The notes under the pieces are model-generated. The model was not told the DNA's origin and did not search any database. It saw only the letters and a program-made list of their open reading frames with translations. A program made the position numbers and the translations under genes. From NCBI GenBank assembly GCA_964404195.1, contig CAYOJC010000001.1:57940-121939 (forward strand): DNA of 64,000 nt. The letters are read 5' to 3'. Below are positions 46,132 through 55,544 of the stretch, one piece after another (position 1 is the stretch's first letter; the number at the start of each line of letters is the position of its first letter). Source of the stretch: an uncultured Syntrophobacteraceae bacterium (GTDB lineage Bacteria > Desulfobacterota > Binatia > UBA9968).

Positions 46132-46629
46132 ATGGGAATTAAGATCAAAAGAACCGGCCACTTAGTATTGCGCGTCAAAGATATCGAGCGCTCGAAAAAA
46201 TTCTTCACCGAAGTCCTGGGACTACCCGTAGTCGGCGAGGCGCCCAACGGCATGCTCTTCTTCAGCCCCGACGTCGAAGCGAACCATCATCTGCTGGCGA
46301 TCCGCCAGGCCGCCGACGGCGCGCGCATGCCCGACCACGAGCAGGTCGGCATGGAACACGTCGCGTACGAGCTGGGTTCATTTGCCGAGCTGCAAGAGGC
46401 CTATCGGATTTTTAAGGCGAACAACGTCAAGTTCAAGCACGTCGTCTTTCACGGCATCACCAAGAGCATTTATTTTTACGATCCCGACGACAACTTGCTG
46501 GAAGTTTACTGCAACGTGCCGCCGGAGGAGTATCGCAAAACCGTTAAAAATCCATATGGGCTTTACGGCGACATCTCAGCCGAGCTGGAAGGCGAACAAC
46601 CGCAGAAGCCCGGCACCGTAGCGCCGTAA
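46132..46629 (+). CDS. VOC-family protein (glyoxalase/extradiol dioxygenase fold)
   Basis: GHLVLRVKDIERSKKFFTEVLGL…HVAYEL. AAGGAGGG RBS. A palindrome gtgtgttaaggcacac and a TATAAT lie upstream. Confidence 0.75.
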   Translation: MGIKIKRTGHLVLRVKDIERSKKFFTEVLGLPVVGEAPNGMLFFSPDVEANHHLLAIRQAADGARMPDHEQVGMEHVAYELGSFAELQEAYRIFKANNVKFKHVVFHGITKSIYFYDPDDNLLEVYCNVPPEEYRKTVKNPYGLYGDISAELEGEQPQKPGTVAP

Positions 46630-46760
46630 CCGGAATGATTCAAACTTCGTGTGCTTCGTGCTCTTCGTGGTGAGAGGATTTTAACCACGAAGGATCGGCC
46701 TTAAAAACTGTGGCTGATCCGTCCTCTGGCGGACACGAAGGTCTCGAAGGAAGACAACAT
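46630..46760. repeat. REP/MITE-like CACGAAGG element (third copy)
   Basis: ccggaatgattcaaacttcgtgtgcttcgtgctcttcgtggtgag…aaccacgaagg, directly after the VOC stop. Confidence 0.45.
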
Positions 46761-46807
46761 GACTCGCGCAAAGGCGCAAAGGGCGCCAAAGGAAACCTGG
46801 AGTTTTT

Positions 46808-47776
46808 ATGATGGAGCCGCTGCCGAGAGGCGCTAATTTCCAGCGCTGCAAAATACTCTGGGAAATAGGTCTGCAGATCGCGGGGAATCCCGCTACGCCT
46901 TACTACGGCAACCGCGACATGTGTATCGCCGTCGGCGCGGGCTCGGGCGAAAATTTTCAGCCGTGGCTGCGCATGGCGACGGGATCGCCGCATCTCGCGC
47001 ACGCCGTCTGCGACGGAAGCTTGGAGATGGCGATGGTGAATCCCTCGGGGTTTCTCACGCAGGCGTACCGCGGCAGAGGACTTTTTCCCGAGCCGCTGCC
47101 GGTCCGCGTTCTCGCGATTTATCCCTCGTGGGACCGTTTTGTGTATGTCTTCCATCCGCGCACCGGCTTGAATTCGCTGGCTGAGATCAAAACGAAACGT
47201 TATCCATTACGGTTGTCCATCCGCGAGGACCCGCACCATTCGACGCGCGTGCTGGTGGATCAAACGCTTGCCGCGTACGGCTTCACGCTTGCCGATATCG
47301 AATCGTGGGGCGGAAGCCTGCAGCTCAACGGCGGTCCGGGGGATCAAAGACGGCTCGATGCGTTGCGCGCGGGAACCATCGACGCGATCTTCGACGAAGG
47401 CCTGGTGCTCTGGTTCGACGAAGCGCTCGCCGCCGGCATGCGGCCGGTTCCGCTCGATGAGACGGCGTTCAAAAAACTGGAAGCGATCGGCTGGCGCAGA
47501 GTCACCATCCCAGTCGGGCGCTTTCCTCATCTCAAGTCGGACTACGTCTGCTTGGACTACGGCGGCTGGCCGCTCTACACGCGCGCCTCATTGCCGGACG
47601 AGGATGCCTACAAAGTTTGCGACGCGATTCACGCGCGCCAAAAAGAAATTTACTGGGAAGATTCTTTCACGGGCATCGGCCAATTAGGCCAGGACACCGA
47701 CGCGACTCCGCGTGACGTGCCGCTGCATCCGGGCGCGGCGAAATGGTACACGGAGCACGGCTTTAAAATCTCTTGA
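46808..47776 (+). CDS. TAXI-family (TRAP-transporter solute-receptor-like) protein without a signal peptide
   Basis: The C-terminal LHPGAAKWYTEHG resembles the TAXI signature LHPGAxKYYKE. There is no N-terminal hydrophobic signal. Confidence 0.4.
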   Translation: MMEPLPRGANFQRCKILWEIGLQIAGNPATPYYGNRDMCIAVGAGSGENFQPWLRMATGSPHLAHAVCDGSLEMAMVNPSGFLTQAYRGRGLFPEPLPVRVLAIYPSWDRFVYVFHPRTGLNSLAEIKTKRYPLRLSIREDPHHSTRVLVDQTLAAYGFTLADIESWGGSLQLNGGPGDQRRLDALRAGTIDAIFDEGLVLWFDEALAAGMRPVPLDETAFKKLEAIGWRRVTIPVGRFPHLKSDYVCLDYGGWPLYTRASLPDEDAYKVCDAIHARQKEIYWEDSFTGIGQLGQDTDATPRDVPLHPGAAKWYTEHGFKIS

Positions 47777-47839
47777 GGTAGGGGCGGTTCGCGAACCGCC
47801 CCTACGCCTGCCATGGGCCTGTCGTCCGCGTTTGTTAAT

Positions 47840-49063
47840 TTATCTGTTTTCGACGCGCTCTCTCAGCGATTCGAGCGTCGGGAGAATCGGGCGCAGCTCC
47901 TCTTCCGAGACTCGAATGGCGGAGGGCTGTTTGAGGCCGTGGCCCGTGATGGTGCAGACAACCAGTTCATTCTGCTGAATCACTCCCTGCCGTCTCAGTT
48001 TCCCCGCAGCCCCGACGGAGATCGCGCCCGCAGGCTCGGCAAAGATTCCGGCAAGTCGCGCCAGCAGCGATTGAGCTTCTAAGATTTCGTCGTCGCTCAG
48101 CGTCACTGCCGTGCCGTTTGAAGCGCGGATCGCGGCGAGAGTCCGCCGGCCGAGGGCGGCCGGATTCCCCACCTGGATGCTTTCCGCGACCGTGTCCCTC
48201 GCCGTAACCGGCTCCACTTCATCGAGCCCTTTCTCCAAGGAGCGAACGATGGGCGCCGCCGCCGCGCTCTGGGCCGCGACCAAACGCGGAATTTTCTCTA
48301 TCCAGCCGAGCTTGTGAAACTCATTGTACCCCTTCCACATGGCGCATATCCCGGCGCCGCCCGCCGTGGGATGGATGACCCAGTCGGGCATTTCACCGTC
48401 CAGTTGATCGAGCATCTCATAGGCGTAAGATTTCTTTCCTTCGTTCCGGTACGGATTGCTCGACAGGCAGTCGTACCAGCCGAACTCCTGCAGCGCTTCC
48501 TGGTAAAGCCGCGCGACTTCATCGTCGAAACTTCCCTGGACCACCACGACGGTCGCGCCGTAGGCAGCGGCTTGCAGAACTTTCGACGCGGAGGTTCCTT
48601 GGGGAACCATGACGACGCTTTTTAAGCCGGCGGCAGCGGCATAGGCGGCGACCGACGCGGCCGCATTCCCGGTCGAGATAACAGCCGCGGTCGAGAAGCC
48701 CAGTTCTTTGGCTCGCGATATGCCGACCGCATTGCTCCGATCTTTCAGCGAGCCCGTCGGTAGGAGCGTATCGTTTTTCAGAAAGAGCCGAGGAAGCGCT
48801 AATTTTTCCGACAGTCGGGAGGATTGAACTAACGGCGTGCAGCCTTCGCCCAAAGAAACGATGTTGGAGTGGTCTTCAACCGGGAGAAATTCGAACCAGC
48901 GCCAGATGCTGCGCTCTTTTCTCTTGCGGATCTCCGATAGCTGCGGATTTCCGATCTCAAGAATGACTTCCAGGACCGCGCCGCAAGAGAAACATTTGAA
49001 TGTCGTCCAGGAGGGAGATTTCCATCCGCACTTGGGACAGCGAAGCGCAGCGATCCTTCCCAC
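47840..49063 (-). CDS. threonine synthase-like PLP-dependent enzyme with an N-terminal zinc ribbon
   Basis: CPKCGW…CFSCG ribbon, PLP-lysine region PTGSLKDRS, and Trp-synthase-beta fold motifs. Proposed GTG start at 49063, 2 nt after the ferritin-like stop. The track start at 49183 would overlap the upstream gene by 119 nt. Confidence 0.65.
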   Translation of the reverse strand: MGRIAALRCPKCGWKSPSWTTFKCFSCGAVLEVILEIGNPQLSEIRKRKERSIWRWFEFLPVEDHSNIVSLGEGCTPLVQSSRLSEKLALPRLFLKNDTLLPTGSLKDRSNAVGISRAKELGFSTAAVISTGNAAASVAAYAAAAGLKSVVMVPQGTSASKVLQAAAYGATVVVVQGSFDDEVARLYQEALQEFGWYDCLSSNPYRNEGKKSYAYEMLDQLDGEMPDWVIHPTAGGAGICAMWKGYNEFHKLGWIEKIPRLVAAQSAAAAPIVRSLEKGLDEVEPVTARDTVAESIQVGNPAALGRRTLAAIRASNGTAVTLSDDEILEAQSLLARLAGIFAEPAGAISVGAAGKLRRQGVIQQNELVVCTITGHGLKQPSAIRVSEEELRPILPTLESLRERVENR

Positions 49064-49064
49064 C

Positions 49065-49721
49065 TTACCAAATCGCTTTCCCCATCGCCCAACGGTCGAG
49101 GCTGGCGAGATATTCGCGGAACAAGACCATGCGCATCGCCACGGCGCGGCGCACGCGATCTTGACGCTCGTTCGTAGTGGCATAACGTTTGAGAAATTCT
49201 TGCGGGATGCTGCCGTGCTCCGCCTCGTCCTCGGTGATCCGGCGATACGGCTGTTTGATCCAGTCCGGCACGGCGGGCGAATTGAGGCACATCTGGATCA
49301 AGTAGTACGCCACGGTCTCGCCGGCGAGCGAAAGACCGGCAACACGCTCGCAGGTCTCGCCCAGCCCTTCCATCGCGTTGAACATCGCAATCTGCGCCGG
49401 CAGCGGCTTGTAGTCAAAAGGATCGTGGCCGAGATCCTGAATTCTTTTCGACAGGAGTCCGGCGTGAGTCATCTCCTCGTGCGCCGACTCGGCCATCGTC
49501 GCCTTGACGTCCAATTCCGGAGTCGTCTTAAGCCACGTGCCGTAGAGATCCGCCGCTCGGAGCTCGTTGAACAGACGGCTCTTCATCACGCGGATGCGCT
49601 CCGCGTCGCTTGAGAGCGGGATATAGCTGTAAGCCGGCGGGGCGCCGTCGAGCGCGCGACAGAACTCGTAGATCGGTATCAGCAGCTCTTTGACGAACTC
49701 TTCGCTGTTCATAGACTCCAC
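49065..49721 (-). CDS. ferritin-like diiron-carboxylate protein
   Basis: Two ExxH motifs (AESAHEEMTH and EDEAEHG) plus additional Glu ligands. 218 aa. Confidence 0.6.
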   Translation of the reverse strand: MESMNSEEFVKELLIPIYEFCRALDGAPPAYSYIPLSSDAERIRVMKSRLFNELRAADLYGTWLKTTPELDVKATMAESAHEEMTHAGLLSKRIQDLGHDPFDYKPLPAQIAMFNAMEGLGETCERVAGLSLAGETVAYYLIQMCLNSPAVPDWIKQPYRRITEDEAEHGSIPQEFLKRYATTNERQDRVRRAVAMRMVLFREYLASLDRWAMGKAIW

Positions 49722-49779
49722 CCTCTTCGTTTTGCCTTTTTACGGGCGCGATAAATCGCGCCCCTACACATTTGCCTTT

Positions 49780-50289
49780 TTACCGTTTTCTTTGCTCCAG
49801 CTCGCGCAGCGATTTGTTCAACTCTTCCTCCAGATCGCCGACGTCGAAGCCGGCGGCGCGCGCGCCGTCGAGAATCGCGATCGAGATCATCGTGAGATCG
49901 AGGCATTCTTTCGGCGGCGCGTCGTCCCGATGGTCGAACAGATAATGATCGACGCGCTGTTTGAGAGTTAGAAAATCTCTCAGGCAGACGACCGGCGGCA
50001 GATCGCCGAGCGGCCCCGTGTTCGCCGTCGACGGCTCGAAGGCGACGCCGCCCGGATCGACCAAAGCGATCTGTCGGCCGTCTTCGAATTGAAGAACCAG
50101 ATAGGCGTCTTTGGTTTCCGGATGTACTTTTTCCTCGAACGCTTTCACGTCGCGCCAGTTTAGCCGTACGCTCTTGCCCGAAGCGACGTCGAGAAGGGTC
50201 GAACTTTCCTCGTCGTACAACGCAGCCTGACGGTGGCGTTGCGCCCACTCTTGCACTTTCTGTTTTGCCTGGTCAATAGGTTCGAGCAC
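49780..50289 (-). CDS. hypothetical protein
   Basis: It is the first gene of a minus-strand three-gene operon that is divergent from the NRPS genes. No motif was recognised. Confidence 0.35.
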   Translation of the reverse strand: MLEPIDQAKQKVQEWAQRHRQAALYDEESSTLLDVASGKSVRLNWRDVKAFEEKVHPETKDAYLVLQFEDGRQIALVDPGGVAFEPSTANTGPLGDLPPVVCLRDFLTLKQRVDHYLFDHRDDAPPKECLDLTMISIAILDGARAAGFDVGDLEEELNKSLRELEQRKR

Positions 50290-50317
50290 CGCTCGATTTT
50301 AGCACTTTCATAGCGGA

Positions 50318-50347
50318 TTGACATAACACGCCGACATCGGATATTTT
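50318..50347 (+). promoter_or_regulatory. candidate sigma70-type promoter for the NRPS operon (TTGACA-N17/18-ATATTT)
   Basis: A perfect -35 hexamer at 50318-50323 and an AT-rich -10 at ~50341-50347, 28 nt before the ATG at 50375. It lies in a divergent intergenic region. Confidence 0.3.
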
Positions 50348-50374
50348 TCGTCTGTTGTCTCCCGGCAAATCACA

Positions 50375-53300
50375 ATGACCAAGGCTGTTGCTCTTTCCAA
50401 ATCGCGCGAATCCCGGACTCTTCACCGCATTCTTCAAAAATGGGCTGAGCTGACTCCCGAAGCGATCGCCATCGCGGCGCCCGGCCGCGCGCCGCTGACC
50501 TATCGCCGCCTGTTCGCCCACGTCGAGACCGTGATCGAGAGTCTCAATGCGGCGGGCGTCGGACCGAACGATCGCGTCGTCGTCGCCCTTCCCGACGGCC
50601 CTGAGACGGCCGTCGCTTTTCTCGCCGTCGCCGCGGCGGCGAGCTGCGTTCCGCTCAATCCCGCGTATCGCGCCGGCGAGCTGACTTCTTATATGGCGCA
50701 TCTCGGCGCCAAGGCCTTGATCGCTCCCGCAGAGACCGATTCTCATGCGCGGACGGTCGCTCGCTCTCTCGGCATTCCGGTCCTTGAGCTGTCCACTCTG
50801 CCGCACGCCGAGGCGGGCTTGTTCAAACTTTCCGGCGCGGCCAACGCGCGCGCGGCGCGCAGCGGCTTCGCGGCGCCGGACGACGTTGCTTTGATGCTCT
50901 ACACTTCCGGCACCACGTCGAATCCGAAGCTCGTTCCGCTCACGCAGGCAAACCTGTGCGCGTCCGCGCGGAACATCCGCGCGGCGCTCGAGCTGACTCA
51001 GGCAGACCGTTGTCTCAACGTGATGCCGCTTTTTCACATTCACGGGCTCGTCGGCGCCGTTCTTTCTTCGCTCGCCGCGGGCGCGAGCGTGATTTGTCCT
51101 CCGGGATTTAACGCGCCGAAGATCTTCGAATGGCTCGAAGAATTTCGCCCGACCTGGTACACGGCTGTGCCGACGATACATCAATCTATTCTCGTCCGAG
51201 CGGCGGCGAACCGCGAAATCATCGCGCGCTCGGAGTTGCGATTCATCCGCTCGTGCTCCGCTCCGCTGCCTGCGCGGCTGGCGTCGGAGTTGGAAACAAC
51301 CTTCGCCGTTCCGGTAATCGATTCCTACGGCATGACCGAGGCCTGTCATCAGATCGCGAGCACGCCGCCGGGCAGGCGAAAGCCCGGCTCGGTCGGCGTG
51401 GCGGCGGGGCCGGAGATCGCGATCATCGACGAAACGGGAGGCCGATTGCCGGCCGAAGCCGACGGCGAGATCGCGATCCGCGGCGCAAACGTCATGTCAG
51501 GCTACGATGGAGCGCCGGAAATCCATCGGCAGACATTTACCGGCGACTGGTTCAGAACCGGCGATCTAGGTCACATCGATGGCGAAGGCTACCTGTTTAT
51601 CACTGGGCGCTTGAAGGAAATCATCAACCGCGCCGGAGAAAAGATTTCTCCGGCGGAAGTCGAAGAGGCGCTGCTCGCGCACCCGGCCGTGAAAGAGGCG
51701 GTTGTCTTTGCGATGCCCCATCCCGAGCTCGGAGAAGAAATAGCCGCCGCCGCGGTGCTGCGCGCCAACGTCTCCGCCACGGGAAAAGAAATTCAAGAAT
51801 TCGCGGCGAAACGGCTGGCCGATTTCAAAGTTCCGTCGCGGGTCGTTTTCGTCGCGGCGATCCCGACCGGCGCAACCGGAAAAGTCGAGCGGCTGAAATT
51901 GGCCGAACAACTCGCTTTGCTCCCTGAATCGATCGACGTAATGGCTGACTACGTTTCGCCGCGCACGCCGCTGGAAAATCAACTCGCGGATCTCTGGAGC
52001 GAAGTCCTCGGCGTGGCGCGCGTGGGAATCCACGACAACTTTTTCGCGCTCGGCGGCGATTCCATTCTCGCGGCGCAATTGTTGAGCCGCATACGCGCCA
52101 AGCTAAACGCCGAAATTTCGTTTGTCTCTTTCTTCGACGCGCCGACCATCGCCGGCATCGCCGCCTTGCTCCAAAGCGCGCCGCGGCCGGCGGCGGCGCT
52201 TGACGGCATCGCCCGCTCGCAGGACGGCGACGCGCCTCCGCTCTCCTACGCTCAAGAGCGCATGTGGTTCCTGGATCAGCTCGATCCCGGCAATCCCGCC
52301 TACAACCGTCCGACCGGCTATCGTCTCCACGGCCCTCTCGATGCCGCCGTGCTCGAGCGCTGCCTGGGAGAAATCGTCGAGCGCCACGAAGTCTTGCGAA
52401 CCACGTTCTCATCGAGAGACGGACTTCCTTTTCAAGTTGTCTCGCGCGACCCGTCCCTATCGTTTGAAATCGTCGATCTCAAAGAATTGCCCGGGGCCCG
52501 ACGCCGGATGGAGTCGGAGCGTTTGGCCGCCGCAGAAGCCCAGCGCCCGTTCGATTTGGCGAAAGGGCCGCTGTTGCGCGCCACGCTGATAGCGTTACAC
52601 GAAACGGAACACATTCTTCTCCTGGTCACGCACCACATCGTCTTCGACGGCTGGTCCGAAGCGATCTTCCTCCGCGAGCTGACAACCCTCTACGAGGCGT
52701 TCGCTCGGGGCGAGCCGTCGCCGCTTCCGGCGCTTCCTACGCAATATGTCGACTACACCGTCTGGCAACGCCGGCGGCTGCACGGCAGAATTTTCGAAGA
52801 CCAGCTCTCCTACTGGAAGCGGCAACTCTCAGGCGCCGCGGTTCTCGACCTGCCGACCGACCGGCCGCGGCCCGCCGTTCAAACCTTCCGCGGCGCGAAA
52901 AAATTTGCCGCGTTCCCAAAAAATCTTGTCGAGGAGCTGAAAGCTCTCAGCCGGCGCGAAGGGGCGACGCTGTTCATGACGCTTTTGGCGGCGTTCCAGA
53001 CTCTGCTCCATCGATACACGGGACAAGATGACATCGTGGTGGGGTCGCCGATCGCGGGCCGGACCCTCCCTGAGCTCGAAGGGCTGATCGGAGTGTTTAT
53101 CAACACGCTCGTCTTGCGCGGCAACTTGTCGGGGAATCCCACATTCACGGAGCTACTGGCGCGCGTGCGCAAAGCGGCTTTGGAGGCCTACGAACACCAG
53201 GAGCTGCCGTTTGAAAAACTAGTGGAGGAACTGCGACCGGATCGCGATCCCGGACGCACTCCCCTGTTTCAAGTGATGTTCGTTTTCGAGAACACGCCCA

Positions 53301-55462
53301 GGGCGGCGCTGAACATCGGCGGCCTGGAGGCCGCTCCCTTCGAAGCCGACACCGGCGCTGCGAAGTTCGACCTGACGCTCTCGATTGCGGAAGCAGGCGG
53401 CTCGCTTGAAGCGACGTTGGAGTACAACACCGATCTTTTCGAACCGGCTACCGTCCGTCGCATGTCGGATCACTTTCAGACTCTGCTCGAAGGCATGGTT
53501 GCCAATCCGGAGCAGCGGCTCTCGGAGCTACCAATGCTCACCGAAGCGGAGAAACATCGATTGGTCGTCGAGTGGAACGACACGAAGAGAGACTATCCGC
53601 AAGACAAGTGCATCCACGAGCTTTTCGAAGAACAAGCGGAGCGGACGCCCGAGGCGACGGCCGTGGTCTTCGAGGAGAGGCATCTAATCTACCGGGAGCT
53701 GAATCGACGCGCCAACCAGGTGGCGCATCATCTGCGAAAGCTCGGAGTCAAGCCGGACGGCTTGGTGGGCCTCTACATGGAGCGCTCGTTGGAAATGGTC
53801 GTCGGGCTTTTGGGAATTCTCAAAGCCGGCGGCGCGTATGTGCCGTTAGACTCCGCTTATCCAAAAAAACGCCTGGCGTTCATGCTGGCTGAAACGCAGC
53901 CGACCCTGGTCATCGCCGATCGGCCGCCGGCGGATGATTTTCCGGAATTCGACGGGCAGGTGCTTTGCCTGGACCGTGACGAAAGCAAATACGCAGGCGA
54001 GGAAGAAAAAAATCCGGAACCGGCCGCGGGACCGGACAATCTGGCTTATATCATGTATACCTCCGGCTCCACGGGAAAGCCGAAGGGAGTCCTTATCCGT
54101 CACGCGGGAGTGGTCAACTATTTTTTCTATCTTCGTGAAACCTACAATCTCAACGGCGGCGACACGGTCCTGCAACTCCCGCCGATTTCATTCGACGCCT
54201 CGGTCCGGGACCTGCTCGGCCCGCTGACCGCGGGCGCGCGCGTGGTCCTCGTCAACGACTTCGACGCCCGGGCGCCCTCGGCGCTTCTCTCTGAAATCAG
54301 AAAGCGCCGGGTGACCTGTCTTCTAAGCGTCGTGCCTACGATGTTGAACGCGCTCCTCGAGGCGGCGCTCGATCGGCCGCGCGTCGATACGATGCGGCTT
54401 ATCCTCGTGAGCGGCGATGCGCTCAGCATGAGCAGTTGCCTAAAGGCAAAGGAAGTATTCGGGCACGACGTAGGGATTGTAAACCAATATGGGCCGACCG
54501 AAACGACTTTAACCTCTAGCTACCATCGTGTTGTCGATGACGATAGCGATCGCGACATCGCCCCGCTGGGGAAACCCATCCCGACCGCGCGAATATATAT
54601 TTTGGACCGTGATCTACAGATCGTGCCGACCGGAGTTGCCGGCGAATTGCACATCGGCGGCGCCGGTCTGGCGCGCGGCTACCTCAACTCTCCCGCGCTC
54701 ACCGCGGAGAAATTCATTCCCAATCCCTTCAGCGACGAGCCCGGCGCCCGCCTCTACAAGACCGGAGATCTCGCGCGCTATCTGCCCGACGGCAACATCG
54801 AATTCCTCGGACGCCTGGATACTCAGGTCAAGATCCGCGGCTTTCGCGTCGAGCCGGGAGAGATCGAGGCGGCGCTGGTAAAGCACCACGCCGTGCGCGC
54901 GGCGGCCGTCGCGGCGCGCGAGGAAGCTTCGACGGGCAGGCGGCTGGTCGCCTATGTCGTTCCGACCGGAACGCAAGTTCCCGCCGCCGAGCTGCGCGAT
55001 TTCCTAAAATCCAGACTACCCGACTACATGGTTCCGTCGGCCTTCGTCGCGCTCGCGGCCTTGCCGCTGACCCCGAATGGAAAAATCGACCGCCGCGCGC
55101 TGCCGGCGCCGGACCGGAGCAGGCCCTTCGACTTCGCTCAGGACAGGCCGGAACTAAAAAACACCTTCGTCGCGCCGCGCAATGCGCTCGAGACAACGCT
55201 CGCAGCCATTTGGGCCCAGGTGCTTGGGCTCGAGCAAGTCGGAGTGCATGACAACTTTTTCGATCTGGGAGGCCATTCGCTGTTGGCGACTCAGGTCATC
55301 TCGCGGGTGCGTGAGGCCCGTCGGGTAGAGGTAAATCTCAGGACCTTCTTTGAGAGACCGACGGTCGCCGGCCTCGCCGAGGTCATTGAGCGAGCCAAAG
55401 ACAGCGACGCCGAAAGCGCGACGCCTAAAATCCCCCGGGTTTCACGGCGGTCGCAACCATGA
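50375..55462 (+). CDS. NRPS: fatty-acyl-AMP-ligase-like A domain, T, C, A, T (loading plus module 1)
   Basis: Acyl-CoA-synthetase-type motifs (MLYTSGTTSNPK, YGMTEA, WFRTGDLG) and a GGDS T domain (~52050). The C domain has HHIVFDGWS (~52630). The NRPS A domain has YTSGSTGKPKG (~54060), NQYGPTE and YKTGDLARY. The second T domain has LGGHSL (~55268). Confidence 0.9.
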   Translation: MTKAVALSKSRESRTLHRILQKWAELTPEAIAIAAPGRAPLTYRRLFAHVETVIESLNAAGVGPNDRVVVALPDGPETAVAFLAVAAAASCVPLNPAYRAGELTSYMAHLGAKALIAPAETDSHARTVARSLGIPVLELSTLPHAEAGLFKLSGAANARAARSGFAAPDDVALMLYTSGTTSNPKLVPLTQANLCASARNIRAALELTQADRCLNVMPLFHIHGLVGAVLSSLAAGASVICPPGFNAPKIFEWLEEFRPTWYTAVPTIHQSILVRAAANREIIARSELRFIRSCSAPLPARLASELETTFAVPVIDSYGMTEACHQIASTPPGRRKPGSVGVAAGPEIAIIDETGGRLPAEADGEIAIRGANVMSGYDGAPEIHRQTFTGDWFRTGDLGHIDGEGYLFITGRLKEIINRAGEKISPAEVEEALLAHPAVKEAVVFAMPHPELGEEIAAAAVLRANVSATGKEIQEFAAKRLADFKVPSRVVFVAAIPTGATGKVERLKLAEQLALLPESIDVMADYVSPRTPLENQLADLWSEVLGVARVGIHDNFFALGGDSILAAQLLSRIRAKLNAEISFVSFFDAPTIAGIAALLQSAPRPAAALDGIARSQDGDAPPLSYAQERMWFLDQLDPGNPAYNRPTGYRLHGPLDAAVLERCLGEIVERHEVLRTTFSSRDGLPFQVVSRDPSLSFEIVDLKELPGARRRMESERLAAAEAQRPFDLAKGPLLRATLIALHETEHILLLVTHHIVFDGWSEAIFLRELTTLYEAFARGEPSPLPALPTQYVDYTVWQRRRLHGRIFEDQLSYWKRQLSGAAVLDLPTDRPRPAVQTFRGAKKFAAFPKNLVEELKALSRREGATLFMTLLAAFQTLLHRYTGQDDIVVGSPIAGRTLPELEGLIGVFINTLVLRGNLSGNPTFTELLARVRKAALEAYEHQELPFEKLVEELRPDRDPGRTPLFQVMFVFENTPRAALNIGGLEAAPFEADTGAAKFDLTLSIAEAGGSLEATLEYNTDLFEPATVRRMSDHFQTLLEGMVANPEQRLSELPMLTEAEKHRLVVEWNDTKRDYPQDKCIHELFEEQAERTPEATAVVFEERHLIYRELNRRANQVAHHLRKLGVKPDGLVGLYMERSLEMVVGLLGILKAGGAYVPLDSAYPKKRLAFMLAETQPTLVIADRPPADDFPEFDGQVLCLDRDESKYAGEEEKNPEPAAGPDNLAYIMYTSGSTGKPKGVLIRHAGVVNYFFYLRETYNLNGGDTVLQLPPISFDASVRDLLGPLTAGARVVLVNDFDARAPSALLSEIRKRRVTCLLSVVPTMLNALLEAALDRPRVDTMRLILVSGDALSMSSCLKAKEVFGHDVGIVNQYGPTETTLTSSYHRVVDDDSDRDIAPLGKPIPTARIYILDRDLQIVPTGVAGELHIGGAGLARGYLNSPALTAEKFIPNPFSDEPGARLYKTGDLARYLPDGNIEFLGRLDTQVKIRGFRVEPGEIEAALVKHHAVRAAAVAAREEASTGRRLVAYVVPTGTQVPAAELRDFLKSRLPDYMVPSAFVALAALPLTPNGKIDRRALPAPDRSRPFDFAQDRPELKNTFVAPRNALETTLAAIWAQVLGLEQVGVHDNFFDLGGHSLLATQVISRVREARRVEVNLRTFFERPTVAGLAEVIERAKDSDAESATPKIPRVSRRSQP
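55121..55149 (+). repeat. in-frame REP-like mini-insertion (encodes FDFAQDRP) in the A-T linker of the NRPS, flanked by an AGGCC direct repeat
   Basis: The paralogs read PAPDPTRPELGNPF. This gene reads PAPDRSRP-FDFAQDRP-ELKNTF. The DNA is aggcc|cttcgacttcgctcaggac|aggcc. Confidence 0.5.
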
Positions 55463-55544
55463 AGTTGTCCTGATAAGCAGTGATCCATATGAGAGAATTC
55501 TTGCGCGTGCCTGAACAACTTCCCGCGGAGCAGAAGATCATCCG
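55393..55544 (+). repeat. ~150-bp perfect direct repeat, copy 1, spanning the 3' end of the T domain, the 17-nt spacer and the 5' end of the next A-T gene
   Basis: Identical to 57379-57530. Similarity continues at ~95% for a further ≥170 bp. Confidence 0.85.
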
